Below the pieces are notes generated by a model that had not been told where the DNA came from, did no database searches, and was given only the letters and a program-made list of their open reading frames with translations. From Trichoplax adhaerens (taxonomy: Eukaryota > Animalia > Placozoa), in contig NW_002060944.1 of assembly GCF_000150275.1 (NCBI RefSeq), positions 2,580,152 through 2,644,151 of the forward strand: a stretch of 64,000 nt of DNA, given 5' to 3'. Position 1 is the first letter of the stretch; each line of letters begins with the position of its first letter. Below, piece by piece: positions 1 to 12,661 of the stretch. The position numbers and the translations under genes are program-made.

Positions 1-258
1 TTTACGAACAATTTTGACAGTGAGTAACTAACTTTAATAGCTTATCATACAAGCGCTGTTACGTGCAAGCAGTTTTATACTGCACACTGTACAGTATAAC
101 AGGTGAACTTAATGGCGGTGGCATGCTTTTCTGCAATAGTTTTTACTATCGTAAAATAATCGCAACAATCCGATAATGTATTTCAAAGATTTTATGAAAG
201 AAGCATATAAATATGATAGTGACAGCATCTTTTTGATAAATGTGGAAAAAAAACGCAC

Positions 259-400
259 CATTTTGATATTACTTGAGTCCTTCAAAGATCAATCCGCTGA
301 TCCTAATGATGGCTCCAAAGCGACACGAACAGATTAAGAAGAAGGAATTTCACTCCTTGAGACGCATGCTTATAGAGGTTTTCTGGCACCAATAACTTGA
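259..400 (-). other. Probable first exon (5' UTR plus ATG only) of a gene continuing left of the window
   Basis: Minus strand reads AATATCAAAATG|GTGCGT: ATG at 261-259 followed directly by a GT donor, the same design as PPIL3 here. It lies just beyond an ACAGT array, head-to-head with AK8. No coding sequence is visible. Confidence 0.3.
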
Positions 401-402
401 TC

Positions 403-1730
403 TACAGTACTGTACTGTGCAGAAGGTGGACAGGCTAGTACTGTACACTGTACACTTACAGTACTGTACAGTACACGTTCAAAAATATGATTGAAATACA
501 GTAGAAAGACTACTGTATATTAGAGTATTACTGTACAGTACAGTACAGTATGACATGTACATTGTACAGTACAATGTACAGTACTGTGCAGTACAGGTCT
601 ACATATAGTACAGTACAGTACTGTACAATGAGTGTACATACTGTACTGTACTGTATACTTGAATTTAATATTAACAAAAAGAAATTAAGTGTTTAGGAAC
701 TCGTTGTCACTTGATCTTACTGTAGTATTATTAAAACTGGATATAGAAGTACTGTATATACAGTACTGTACTGTACATTAGTTCGGACGGGCGAGAACCT
801 GTATTTTGTAGTTGGTATATTCAAAGTTTTTACACACGATTGTACACCGTACAGTACTAGCAGGCACTAGTATTAGTCTTAGAAGTCCCTGCACTAATGG
901 CTCCGATCGGACAGCAAAGTCAGAAATTGTACAGTACTGTAATACCAGCATTGACGTCTATTTGATGAAGTACAGTACTTCACTAGAAGAAGGTACTGTA
1001 CACTACTACCGTACACTACTGTACTGTACACTGTACAGTACTGTACTGTACATTGTACAAACTCTCCAAGCCCGAGAACCTGTAATTTGTAATTGGCAAA
1101 GTTTTTACTCAAAACCGTACAGTACACTGTACTGTATTGTACAGGTCAGTACTGTACTGTACTGTTGTGTACTGTACTGTACAGTATTACTATCTAGAGT
1201 TAACACTAACAACTGTATTGAAAGTTCGTGCTACTCTCACTTAGCATACAGTACAGTACTGTACACGGTACACGATATAAAGTTACTGAACCTCTGACAG
1301 GTCTACACGGTACGGTATAAAGTTACTGAACCTCTGTTAAATGAGCACATTATCGTAAACCGTCAGTAAAGCGACGGGAGTTTGCACTAGTTGTATCGAA
1401 AAGGGGCGGCTTATACTGTATACGTACGCCGTTCACACTTACAACGCATTATACTGTACAGTACAGTACTGTACAGTAATAACAAGTTTGCATAACAGTG
1501 AATTGCATATACTGTACACTGTACACTGTACACTGTACAGTAGTACTGTATTGCATCGTACAATCTAACAAATAAAGCGTAGTACAGTACAGTACAGTAC
1601 TGTACATGTACTGTACAGTACAGTACAGTACAGTATAATAATTTACAATACTACAGTACACTATACTGTACACTGTACTGTACAGTACAGACTGTAATAC
1701 ACCATCTCTAAATTGTAGCAGTTGTACTGT
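403..1730. repeat. Degenerate ACAGT/TACTG pentamer arrays upstream of AK8
   Basis: Dense CAGTA and TACTG runs in both orientations, joined by TACTGTACAGTA palindromes (about 403-780, 840-1270, 1410-1730). Confidence 0.95.
1293..1390 (+). mobile_element. Helitron-like 3' terminal fragment
   Basis: 1334-1391 is a near-identical reverse complement of 12323-12380. It has a CCGTC-N8-GACGG hairpin followed by GAGTTTGCACTAG|T. Confidence 0.6.
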
Positions 1731-1738
1731 AATTATCC

Positions 1739-1751
1739 ATTACTTAGCAAC
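1739..1751. promoter_or_regulatory. RFX X-box-like site upstream of AK8
   Basis: ATTACTTAGCAAC (reverse complement GTTGCTAAGTAAT), 25 nt before the ATG of a motile-cilia gene. Confidence 0.5.
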
Positions 1752-1776
1752 CATTTCAAATACTTTCCTTGTCAAT

Positions 1777-4700
1777 ATGGATGCGACTAAGAGGCCATTG
1801 CAAATTCCTCCAGGTTTCTCAACCTACGCTGAAAAACATGGCATTTTTCAACTTCTTGAAGTAAAGATATGGCTAATTAAAATTCTATAGAATCTTGCTG
1901 TTAATTATCGTTTCATGAAAACTATTAGCATTTTGCATCTTGTGCAAGTACTGAATGCCAGCAGTGCACTATAATGTTAGTATTTGGGAAATATGCGCAT
2001 ATTAATTTTCACTAACTTGAGTTAAACGTTTATTTCAGCGATTACTCCAGAAGATTATTATTACACAACCTGATGATCCGTTAGCCTTTATGACAGATTT
2101 CTTGAAACAGGATAACGACGATGGTAATTTATCATTTGTAGAAACGTGCGCTAGTAGCTTATTTACTGTACACTAGTATACCGTAAGCTAACAGACACAA
2201 TATCAAGCGGCAGCCTTCGCAATTGTATAAACAAAGTAAATTTGTTACGAATGCTACGACTATAGATCATATTGACAGTAAATGATAGAAGTATTTCAGC
2301 TTTTAACGATAACTCCTATATCAGTATTTAAGGATTTCGATTAAGTAGCAATGTTACTGTGCAATTATATGTCGCTATCTTTCATATCCAGAAGGCTGAC
2401 ATTATGATTGTACGCTAATTTACATACCTTATAACGTCACTTGGCTGTTCTTGACTTAAGTTAGTCTATTTTGTCTATGGTCTTTGTCAGCGTCTCTACA
2501 ATCAGTATATACTATGAACGATTTTACTTTTATCACCTTGTTCTATATAATCGTCAACAATTTCCACTTTATAGTCCACAAGATTGTAGTGCAAGGTCCA
2601 CCTGTGTCCGGAAAGCGGCAAATTGTGAGTATTATACTTGTATAGTATTTCATAAATGATCAAATCTAACAGGATTATTATGCAATTATATAATCTTGCT
2701 CTAGAGTAAAATGATAGTCCAAAAATTTGGAGTTGTTCATGTTACACTACAGAAATTATTCTATGACTCAACACTGTCCGAAGCTAAAAAGGTTGTATAA
2801 TGAATGGTAAATACAGCATTTACTCTTATTGCTTGAAGTTCTAAACTTTACTTTATAAATTGAAAGGCCATCGAATATTTGCATGAAAACCAGGTAATTC
2901 TAAGATACGACTACATCTGATACTATTACTCTAATAAACTTAAAGTAATTATAAATTGTGTTATATTATTTAACTACCTTCTTAGCACATTCCATCCAAT
3001 ATTCTCGTTCCAATACTAGAGGATCGATTACGAATGCTCGATTGTCAGAATAAGGCAAGCTTCTATTTATTAAAATATCGGGTAAATAAATAGACTGATA
3101 TTAATTATGATAAAAAATAAAATTTCGTTTTATCGCTAGGGATGGCTTCTTGAAGGATTTCCACAAAATAGGGAACAGGTTGAGCCGCTACCATAAGAAT
3201 TATTAGAAATAGTTTATTTACTTTACCACTAATTTGAGGTGATACTATTTGTAGGCTCTCGCGATGCAAGTAGCTGGAATAATGCCTAAACATTTTGGTA
3301 ATTTAGTTTTTATTAGGCATTTATTGATGTTATGGCGTTCTGCTGCTTAACATGTAAAATAAATAGTTCTCGTTATAACTTTTAAATTTGACTGTTTCAG
3401 TCTTACTGGATGCGCCAGATGCTGTATTAGTAGAGCGTTGTCTTGGCAAGCGAATTGATCCCATAACTGGAGGTTTGAGTACTAAATTATTACTTTTATA
3501 ATAATATTTAGCTGCGCTTATGGAAGCCAGTACTTTACTGATATCTGTAACGTATTACTTTGTCTAGATGTTTACCATATCTTATTCTACCCACCTGATG
3601 ATGCCCTCGTGGCAGATCGACTGGAGCAGCAACAAAACTATAACACTGATGATGTTTCAAGTCGATTAGCTATTTTTCAAAGGTACAACTAACATCATTC
3701 CTGAATAGGTTGCTAGAGTATCAAAATTCGAAAATCAATTTAACTGTGACCATACTAATTTATATTTTAGGCATATCGATGGTATCATTGAATGCTATAA
3801 CAAGGTATCTAAAAAGATCAATGCCGATCAACCGATTGGTGATGTATTCGCCCAAGGTAATGTTCACCAAAAATACCACTGTAAATATTTTCGTTAAAGC
3901 AAGATCTTTATTAATATTATAAAATTTTTTCAATAGTTCTTAGTTTTCTATGTACCAAATCGAAGTCAAATTCACCATTTACGCCTCGTGTTGTTTTGTT
4001 GGGACCTACTGGTAGTGGAAAAAGTACTCAAGCTGATTTACTATCTAAGAAATATCAGTTGATTAATGGTAATTTTTTAGCATATATTTTGATAAAGAAA
4101 AGGCACTTTGGCTAATAGGAATTTGCAATCTAAAAAAATTTATCTATGTACTATTGCAGTATGTGTCGATTCTTTGGTTAAAGAAGCTATTGTTAAACAG
4201 TCTAAAGCTGGAAATGGAATTAAGCTTTATCTCGATCGTGGTGTCGCAGGTAGAAATTATCTTAGTGTTGAGTTATGAAATTCATAAAGTAATTGGGCTC
4301 GAAAAACCGTTGTATTATAAGTAGACAGCCATTGCACTGGTAATAAGCTTATATCTGTTTTATTTTTACTTTTATAGCTCCTGATGCACTAATGTTCCAA
4401 TTAGTAAAAGAACGCTTATGCCAATTAGATTGTATAAAAAAGGGTTGGGTTCTTCATGGCTACCCGCGAACAAGAGAACAGGCCGTAAGGATGGCAGAAA
4501 TAGGCCTGGAGCCGAATAGGTTATTAGTATGTTTAATTGATTAACTTTCAATGAATGATATAAAAACTCATCAATTTATTTCATTTTTGCTCCTACTACT
4601 GCTAGAGTCTTTGCCTTAGATATTCCCACTGATTCAATATTAGAACGATTATCCCTTCGCGGCACCGATCCAATAACAGGCGCAAGGTACGATTATGCAG

Positions 4701-5430
4701 TGAAAATTGCAGTGGGCGTATGCTTATATCTAGTACTCGTTGCTAATGTTACTTTAACTTCAAAAACATAAGATTAAAGATATTTTTCTGCTTCTATAAA
4801 TATTCTCATACAGGTATCATATGCATTATAATCCACCAAGGACTAATGAAATTGCTAGTCGTTTGAGAACTGTAAGTTTGTTATTATTATTGATCAATTC
4901 CTTATAATCTTTCTATATACAGCACCTCTTCGACTAGTAGAAACCTTGCAAATATGTGCAGTACAGCATAAGCAAAAAGAGAACAATACAGCACATATAA
5001 GATTTGCAGGAGAATTAATTCAGTATTGCGTACAATTGAAAGCAAATATCAGAAGATTCATTAATAGCGTAGAATGTAAACCTGTATGAATCAAGTACCA
5101 TACACACGTAATTACAAACCACTACAGATCCTAATCAGATATGTCGTATATAAGTGAACTGGAAAAATGCTTGAGGGCAGCTTTCAAGTATTTAACAACT
5201 TTGAAACCTTAACATGATTACTTTTTCTTAACTTAAAGCACCCGGATGATACCGAAGACGCGATTATGAAGCGTTTAAGTGCATATCAAATATTTATAGA
5301 CGATATTTGCGAATTTTATGGTAATACAATCAAACATATCAACGCCGATCAAGATCCTCATACAATCTTCGAAAGCCTTGAAGCTGGAATTGTGTCTCCG
5401 CTTCCAGTTAGACCAGATACGCCGTTTTAG
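1777..5430 (+). CDS. AK8: Adenylate kinase 8 (two AK domains), about 17 exons
   Basis: Exon 1 (1777-1860) [28 protein letters not shown]; exon 2 (2039-2123) ...QPDDPLAFM; P-loops GPPVSGKRQ (2595-2621) and GPTGSGKST (4002-4028); GWLLEGFP and [10 protein letters not shown]; last exon 5239-5430 ...[15 protein letters not shown]...PF*. Confidence 0.93.
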
Positions 5431-6724
5431 ATGCAATCTACAATGACTTATCTATGGTTACTAGAACTTTAAATCAGTATGTGTTATATGTATATCAATA
5501 ATTGAATTAATTATAAGTTAGTTATTGTAATGATTTGAGTGTAATATAATACCTATCTACTTCAGTTCTGACTATGTATCGCATCTTTATAAATGTTTCT
5601 TATCAAGTATAGATTTACAGCTTTTCACTGTCGTAAATTGCTATCTTGTAGGGAGTCTGTAGAGAATACTTCTTCAGCTAACTTCACAATGTCTTATTAT
5701 CATTTTTTAATTCCTATGTGCATGATTGAATTTATTGTAACTACAAATGCTTAATAGTAAGTTAAAGGTACAATGTAGACAAAAATATATTAAATTGCGT
5801 TGGATCTTAAATTATTGATTTATACTGTATTATTTTTACTTATTCTGATGAATAAATGTTTTCTTCAATTTTATTTTGACGGTATCTGTCCTTTAATGTT
5901 ACATGTACAGTATGCTGTAAATTTTACACCGCAGCTCAGGTGTTAACTTGGTTTCATCTCATATTATCTATTTTGATAAAATGCTTGAAGAAATTGAAAA
6001 AGGATTAATACTAGTCTATACGATAAATTGATATTAACCATAGGATGATGCACTCACATATCGCAATATATATGCTATTAAACAGCCAGTCCTCCTGATA
6101 TTTAAAACCATTGATACAACTACTGTAATTTTTCTTTCCTTTCTTGAAGGTAAATATTTGCTTGATGTTTAGATGTAAGAAACTAGTAATTGACTTTGTG
6201 AAATAAATCAATTTTAATAAAGTTTTAGGAAATTAGATGTTGCTTGTAAATTTAGACTATCACGATACGGGCTATGATGGCAACAACTCAATTATACTCA
6301 ATTATGTTCAAAGAAATTCTGCTTCTACGGCAATACGACTATAAGTATACGCAGTAAAATATAATACCATTATGATGTAATTACGAATACTCGAAATACG
6401 ATATTTTCCCAGCTTATTCCTTAACAGGCCTGATTTTAATATTTTCGAGTCAAGTAGATTTTAATTTATACAGTATGTGATCAATGGGGTGTACATAGAT
6501 AGCACGAGTATGACATTCACAGGTATTAGAAAAAATTCATGTTTAAGCTAGTGCAATGATTTAGTTACTTCTATTATGATTAAATCGTTTTTAAATACGA
6601 GATATGTAATATATACCATATACCATAGTTAACTGTCGCATTAAGATACTAATACTAAAATGAAAGAATATAAAATAGCAAACAGGAAACAACGCTTGAT
6701 AGATTAAAATTATGTCCCACATAG

Positions 6725-8511
6725 TTAAACGTGCACTGGCAATTCAAGGACAATTGTACATAAAACTTGCTCGCCATTTTCATTTAAAGCTGTGAAATTA
6801 ATAGGTTGCGTTGCTGAGCCAGTTTGTAGGCAATCTTCCAACTTCGAATAGATTTTTGGATATGAATCCTTAAAGTTGATATAGTGATCTGTTAATACAT
6901 GGAGAGTATGTTGTAAAAACTGCTGCTTAAAATCCGTGGTAATTCCGCTACTTTTTTTCAGGTCATACATAGATACAACAACATGATCATGATGCAAGTT
7001 ATCATGATCATTACAATCTGTTAGCGAAGGCGGATCCAAAGTAGCAGATGGCGTCAATAAAGTAGGATATAAACGGAGTTGAACACATGTTTTATATGAT
7101 TTACTATATGCATTACCAGTAATAATGCGTAGAGAGTTTTTACTTTGCCTTTTCTCTAAAGGGGCAACAACAGTAACACATAATAAATATTCCTCTATTG
7201 GATTGTATTGATCGCACATCGAAACCAATATAGATGCTTTAGATACGTGTCCAGCGGATTTTAGTAATGTCGTTTTATCAGCGTAACTAGGAGTATACGA
7301 TAATTTTTTTAGGTCGTCGACATGAAATTCTTTGGCTATTTCTAGTGAAGGTAAGACTAATAATAAACATCCCCGTCCATACAGTTTATACTTATCCATA
7401 GCTAATTTAGACAACCATAGACTTGTTTCTTGATGTTGAATGCACATTACGACAATGTTATGGATGCATTCTTTGATAGAAGCCACAACTTCAGACAGTT
7501 TCTGTTGCTGACTGTGGTTATCATCAGTGCAATCACTGATATCTATTTGTAAATGGCGAGCTCGACTACTGATCATACAAACTGCCTTATCACCTTCTTG
7601 ATGCGATTGTTTCCTAATGGAAATGTCAGCTCTACCTTTAGCATCTACCAGGCTTACTGAATCGCTTAGGATATTTTCATCGTCAGCGAGATTTCCATCA
7701 CTGTTACGTGATGATACAGAGTGATTACTTAGGTAAGAATCGTTAGATCCAATGCGATGGCGTGTACAATCTTGATTGTCATTCGTATGAAAGTCTGATG
7801 ATTCGCCGGTGTCATGGACATAAATATAGTCGGTATTATTGTAATCTACCAATGTGACTGTTGACATAGACTCTGAAGTCGCATCAGCTTGGTGTCTTTA
7901 ATATATAATAATATATAAATAGCAATTTTTCTATAAGCTAAAATTTACGTGCTAAGCCAGCGAAAACATTAAGACTAGATGATAAAACAAAATTCTGCTA
8001 AAAGAGCTCAATACACTGCAGTAACATATAAATAATAATTTATTTGGATAAAATAGACTTACATCTTGGTTGGATCTGTGGCAGATCCATCGTTGGCGTT
8101 ATAGGAGTCGGGAGATTTTCCTCCTGCTTTCGTTTTCATTATTGTATCGTTGTTGTTATCATCAATTTCTAAGAAACCAATTAAAGAGACTTGTTATATT
8201 CGAACATCACACCCTAAATTTTCATATGAATTGAAATATCTAACGAATATGGATGGTGTGATACATTCGTATATTTATCTTTGATGGGTATTAGCACAAT
8301 GATCAATTTAATACACAGTAAGGTGCATATAGATATAAATACTGAAAACTGTAGCAGTAGAAAAAATCGTTGTACTACAAAGGCGCATGGATATGATTGA
8401 ATTTTTTAAGCTCTCTTAATTTCGCAAGTCCTTTACAAGCTAATAAACATGTTCGTATCATGGTATGAATGAAGATAAGGCTAAAAAAATTTAGCACCTA
8501 CTTTTACTCAT
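6725..8511 (-). CDS. AJM1: Apical junction component 1 (AJM1/C9orf172)-like protein, about 428 aa
   Basis: Phase-compatible exons 8511-8502, 8168-8063 and 7895-6725. C-terminal blocks CIHNIVVMC..LSKLA..GRGCLLLVLPS, QYNPIEEYLLCVTV and NFKDSYPKIYSKL..P....GEQVLCTIV match my recollection of the AJM1 core. The first exon is less certain. Confidence 0.65.
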
Positions 8512-9696
8512 TGTAATATTCAAATATCACTCGTATTTCACACAATCTGATGAAAGCGTCATCTTTGCTTAAGCGTGGATTGAGCTCCTTTCGATGCAAT
8601 TTTTTAAGCGTAATGAGCTGGTGCATAATTTAAAGAATTAAAGCATTACGCGTATCTCATGTAGAAACTTAACCATTAGCTGTATACGATTAAAGTGACG
8701 CAAGTGTGGTTATGATTTTCTATTTTGTTCTTCTGGGATGGCAACGAAAACATCGAAGCTCAGTCTAATTAGCATTCGTACTTAATAATAAATAATTGAC
8801 TTCAGAGAATAGAAAACGATCTCGTTTCGCTTCTTGTAAAGAAGAGTCAAAGAATAGACCAACTATGTAAAAGTAAATAATAAGTAGGTTAGTAGTAACA
8901 GAGTTACTACAAATTACTACAGTAGTACTGTAATTTCTAGAAGTCCATGGTTAGTACACTCACGGACTCTTTAAGAGAATAGAAATTCCTGGTACCGTAA
9001 AGTACATTATTGTAAATCATTCATTAGTAAAAGTTAGAAGAAGAATTTTACTACGTTACTGTACAATGTATAAAATCATTGATTGTAATCTTGAAAGATT
9101 TTACCGGTAAAATACGCTTCCATTTGAGAAATATTTTAAACGACTTCCATCAAGTATTTTCTATGAGATTGATAGCTTTGATGTTAAATGATAAGAACGT
9201 TATTTACTTAAGACATTTTAATCGTTTGAGCTAGATTTGATATTACGTATTATGATACTACAGTACTGTATTTGTTTCGATAAAATATCCGCATAATAAA
9301 TTGAAAAGAATAAAAATTCATTGCAGCATTACGCAATTACTTGACTGCATTAATTAATTTTAGGAATGAGCTTATCAATTAATTTCACTACAGCACTTTG
9401 TATGCTTTCAACTCCAAGTACAGCATTTTAAAAATGGATAAACTGTACACAAGACATAATAGCAGTTTATGTTATTTACTCGCGGTTTAAACGAAAAAAC
9501 AATGCAAATGTAGATTTGATTGTTTATAGGAAACTAATCGTGAGCATTACATGCTCATGTTATTAGTTCTCAGCAATAAGTAATTTCGGGTTAGGTAATA
9601 GCGACTCGTAATTATTCGCTTTGACTATGTAAGAGACACTTTGGATCAACAGTATCTCTTTCACAGTCGATTCGATCTTTTTCTAATATTGATCAA

Positions 9697-9897
9697 TTAG
9701 GTCTTACCTGTAGTTTGTTCATCTTCTTTCCTTTTTTCAGCATTGCCTTTAAAAAGAGCTTTTCCAACTAACATCGCTAAATATGCGATAACAATAACCG
9801 AAAGTGTACATAGAATTAATTGATCACATACGGAGTTGTACATAAAACTTTCCATGAACCAATTATGGCAAAAGTTAAATATTGAATTGATAAACAT
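9697..9897 (-). CDS. Putative 66-aa single-pass membrane microprotein
   Basis: ATG-initiated ORF with one hydrophobic helix (LILCTLSVIVIAYLAMLVG) and a charged tail; short TACAGTACTGTACTG tract about 140 nt upstream. Confidence 0.35.
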   Translation of the reverse strand: MFINSIFNFCHNWFMESFMYNSVCDQLILCTLSVIVIAYLAMLVGKALFKGNAEKRKEDEQTTGKT

Positions 9898-10630
9898 GAT
9901 GAGTTTAATATACGAATATAATCACAGTGTAATAACAGAATTAATACTCTAAGAATACAGGGTTAAGAGTTAAGATTCGTTAATTCAAAGAGGAGATGAT
10001 GGACAATTGTGCAGTGAGCGACAAGTGTCATAAAATACAGTACTGTACTGCGATCAATACGGTAATTTAATGCAATTTTTAGACTCTGTTTGGAAATATG
10101 TTGAATGCCCAATTTTGTATCAAATGTTGAGAGCCTGAAAATGTAGAAGGCTTCATAAAAACGGAGATAATCTATGAAATGGTAATGGCGATCACATCAT
10201 TGCTAATCAAAATATCAGTAACAATGTTGTTCTGGAATTTTGGTTTCTGTCAACTTCTTGATGTTGTGGAGTAATTTACTGCCGATAGAGATTGCTACAT
10301 GAAGAGGTGTAGCTACAGGTTGCAAGCGAAGGTCTCGTAGTAGCGTAGGAAAGATTGTGATCTGGTGAAAAGCGAAGAGGTTATTCGATGATTTACTAAC
10401 TGTAAATAAATAATATTGCGAACTACCGCAATTCCCTAGGTTTGGCCCAAATACAGTACTTTCCGATATCCTGGAAAGTGCATATTTCCCGTAAAGTACT
10501 ACTTTAATTTCAATTTTCAACCGTGTAATTTAAAGACACCTACTGCGTTATCTATGACTGTGATATTTATTCAAAGATAATTACTGATTACAGTACTGCA
10601 CCACTGTAACTGCAAAGTGAAATTAATTAA

Positions 10631-11148
10631 TTTTACCGATTCACGTCCATGTTATTTATGAAGCAAGCGTGGTTGCATTGTTAAATTTTTTCCTCAAGGT
10701 CTTAGATAAAGTACGGTACTATACTGTACTTAAATGCTATCGATTGATACAACGTTTAAATAAAATCCGTCAAAGTTTTACCATTTTATTCCATTTATGA
10801 ACACTAAATTGGAAAAGATCAGGCTATGCAGTACTGGGTTAAGGGTTACTGCACTGTATGTAGGTTGTACTGTGCGGTACACTGTACAACGAGGACTCTT
10901 AAGCCCCGACAATAGTATTGGCCTAATCCATTCTTCGATTTTACAAGTCTTGTTCTCCATTTCGTTTGCATGAAATGATATTTGCTGTTGATACAGTCAT
11001 CGTCAACAGTGAACAACTGAGATTTCAGATTCACAAACTCGTTTATAATATTCCAGGACTTTTCTTTCTTTAGAAATCCCTATTGCGAACAGTAATATTT
11101 TTAACAACTATGACCACGCTTGCTTGACTGTAGGCATATTCGGTAAAA
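10631..11148. mobile_element. Degenerate element with imperfect ~50-bp terminal inverted repeats
   Basis: TTTTACCGA..AAGCAAGCGTGGT..TTGTTAAA (10631-10685) mirrored by TTTAACAA..ACCACGCTTGCTT..TCGGTAAAA (11100-11148). Confidence 0.45.
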
Positions 11149-11390
11149 GGGCAGTAGCTCTGCCGAGAGTGGAGTTAGTTGTAAGAAAATTTTTCATATT
11201 TCTTCACATTTCTATGCGGTGGAATATATTACAGTACAGTACAGTATATAGACTACGAGTGGATTGATGATTTCGTTCGCTTTGCTTACCTGATCAGATG
11301 CACATAGTTATTTTACGGAGAAACAAAGTTCAACTTACAATCTCCGGTATAGATTGATTTTACTTACATAACTTCTTGCTGTTCGTTCTA

Positions 11391-11453
11391 ATCATGTCCC
11401 AAAAGTACCGCCGGAGTAGTTAAAATGATTCGTATCTACTTTTGGGTAATGAT
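11391..11453. repeat. Short inverted repeat (15 of 17 bp arms)
   Basis: ATCATGTCCCAAAAGTA ... TACTTTTGGGTAATGAT. Confidence 0.5.
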
Positions 11454-12323
11454 GGTGAAGAACAAAGTTATAACATACTTTATTGTAAGTCTTCAATTTT
11501 TTTACATCATTTTCTAGGTATAAAATGAATTTAATGTAAACAGCTATCCGTGATTGTAATCATAAATATACCGTAAACTTTCTGTAAGTTAAAATAGAAA
11601 TCGATGAGAACGTTCTAAAACTAACTGTGCATTCTTAAAATACTGCATACGGTATAGGGCATTAAATTTGCAGCGAATATTTTCTGCTAATACTTAACTT
11701 TGTACATTACCTTTTTTGATTTTTTGTTCTCTATAGTAATAAGATACTAACGTGTCAATTGAGTAAGCCTAAGAAGACCGTACTAAGCATGGTATCACCG
11801 ATATCGGAATCTCACGTTTTGAGATTTTGGGGCGCTATTTATGAAAGTAGTTAACACGTAGGAAACCAAAAATTTGATTTACTGTAGGATACCGGACTGC
11901 GCTTTAATTAATGAAATGCAGTAATACTGTACAGTACTGTACAGAACTACAGATACAATAACAAACTCTTCCATACTATATCTTGCTAGTGACGACCAGA
12001 TGACTAATGAATGTACTTGTATGTAATGTTAGTTGAAGTTGTGCGAACCATATTGGATCTTAACCTTGTTAAGGTAATTTAATTTTGGTTCGGATTTTAC
12101 TTTTACTTTTAACGTGTGACATCAATTACTTGCTTTACACTGCACGTATCATATCAATGTACAGTGCTGCAGTGTACGTACAAGGATACGGTGCTGTCGT
12201 ACGCATCTGTTGCTATACTGTAAGTGATCATCGAATAAGATGCTTATAAATGTCCATACGGTAGACCCTTCTCAGGAATAAAATGTGATTAAAATCGTTG
12301 GTGGTTATGTGCATTATACAATA

Positions 12324-12534
12324 CTAGTGCAAACTCCCGTCGCTTTGCTGACGGTTTACGATAATGTGCTCATTTAACAGATAGTATTACCATTTGATAG
12401 ACCTGTCAGACAAACTCTGGGACAAGGAAACGAACAGTATAAGTCTATAAGTAACTACTGACTTAAATGCCCTTTTAGTAAACGTTAATCACACACAGCG
12501 AAGTACCGTAAAGATAGAACTTTTATTACATAGA
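12324..12534 (-). mobile_element. Short non-autonomous Helitron-like element (~211 bp)
   Basis: Minus strand begins TCTATGTAATAAAAG and ends CCGTCAGCAAAGCGACGG-GAGTTTGCACTAG|T. A second copy of the 3' part lies at 1293-1390. The 5' flank is G rather than the canonical A. Confidence 0.6.
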
Positions 12535-12661
12535 CACATCTACAACTTTTCACCATGCAACTAAACTCAAACGTTCCCGTTTATGTAGGAAGCATTTAAT
12601 TTGTAAATAAGGACAGTATTATTATTATATCTTACCAGGTGAGACATCTCGTCCAGAGAAG

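Noticed and set aside
812-1673. ORFs rich in YSTV/LYCTV (812-1297, 894-1127, 1449-1673)
   Set aside because: Translations of the ACAGT array. The same applies to ORFs at 21788-22044, 40719-40922, 45201-45404 and 52484-53255.
403-1730. CRISPR-like repeat/spacer appearance
   Set aside because: No constant-length repeat or spacers, eukaryotic context, no cas genes.
10778-10960. ORF with WIRPILLS, faintly like the TPP1/ACD N-terminus
   Set aside because: No downstream OB-fold exons; lies inside a probable TIR relic.
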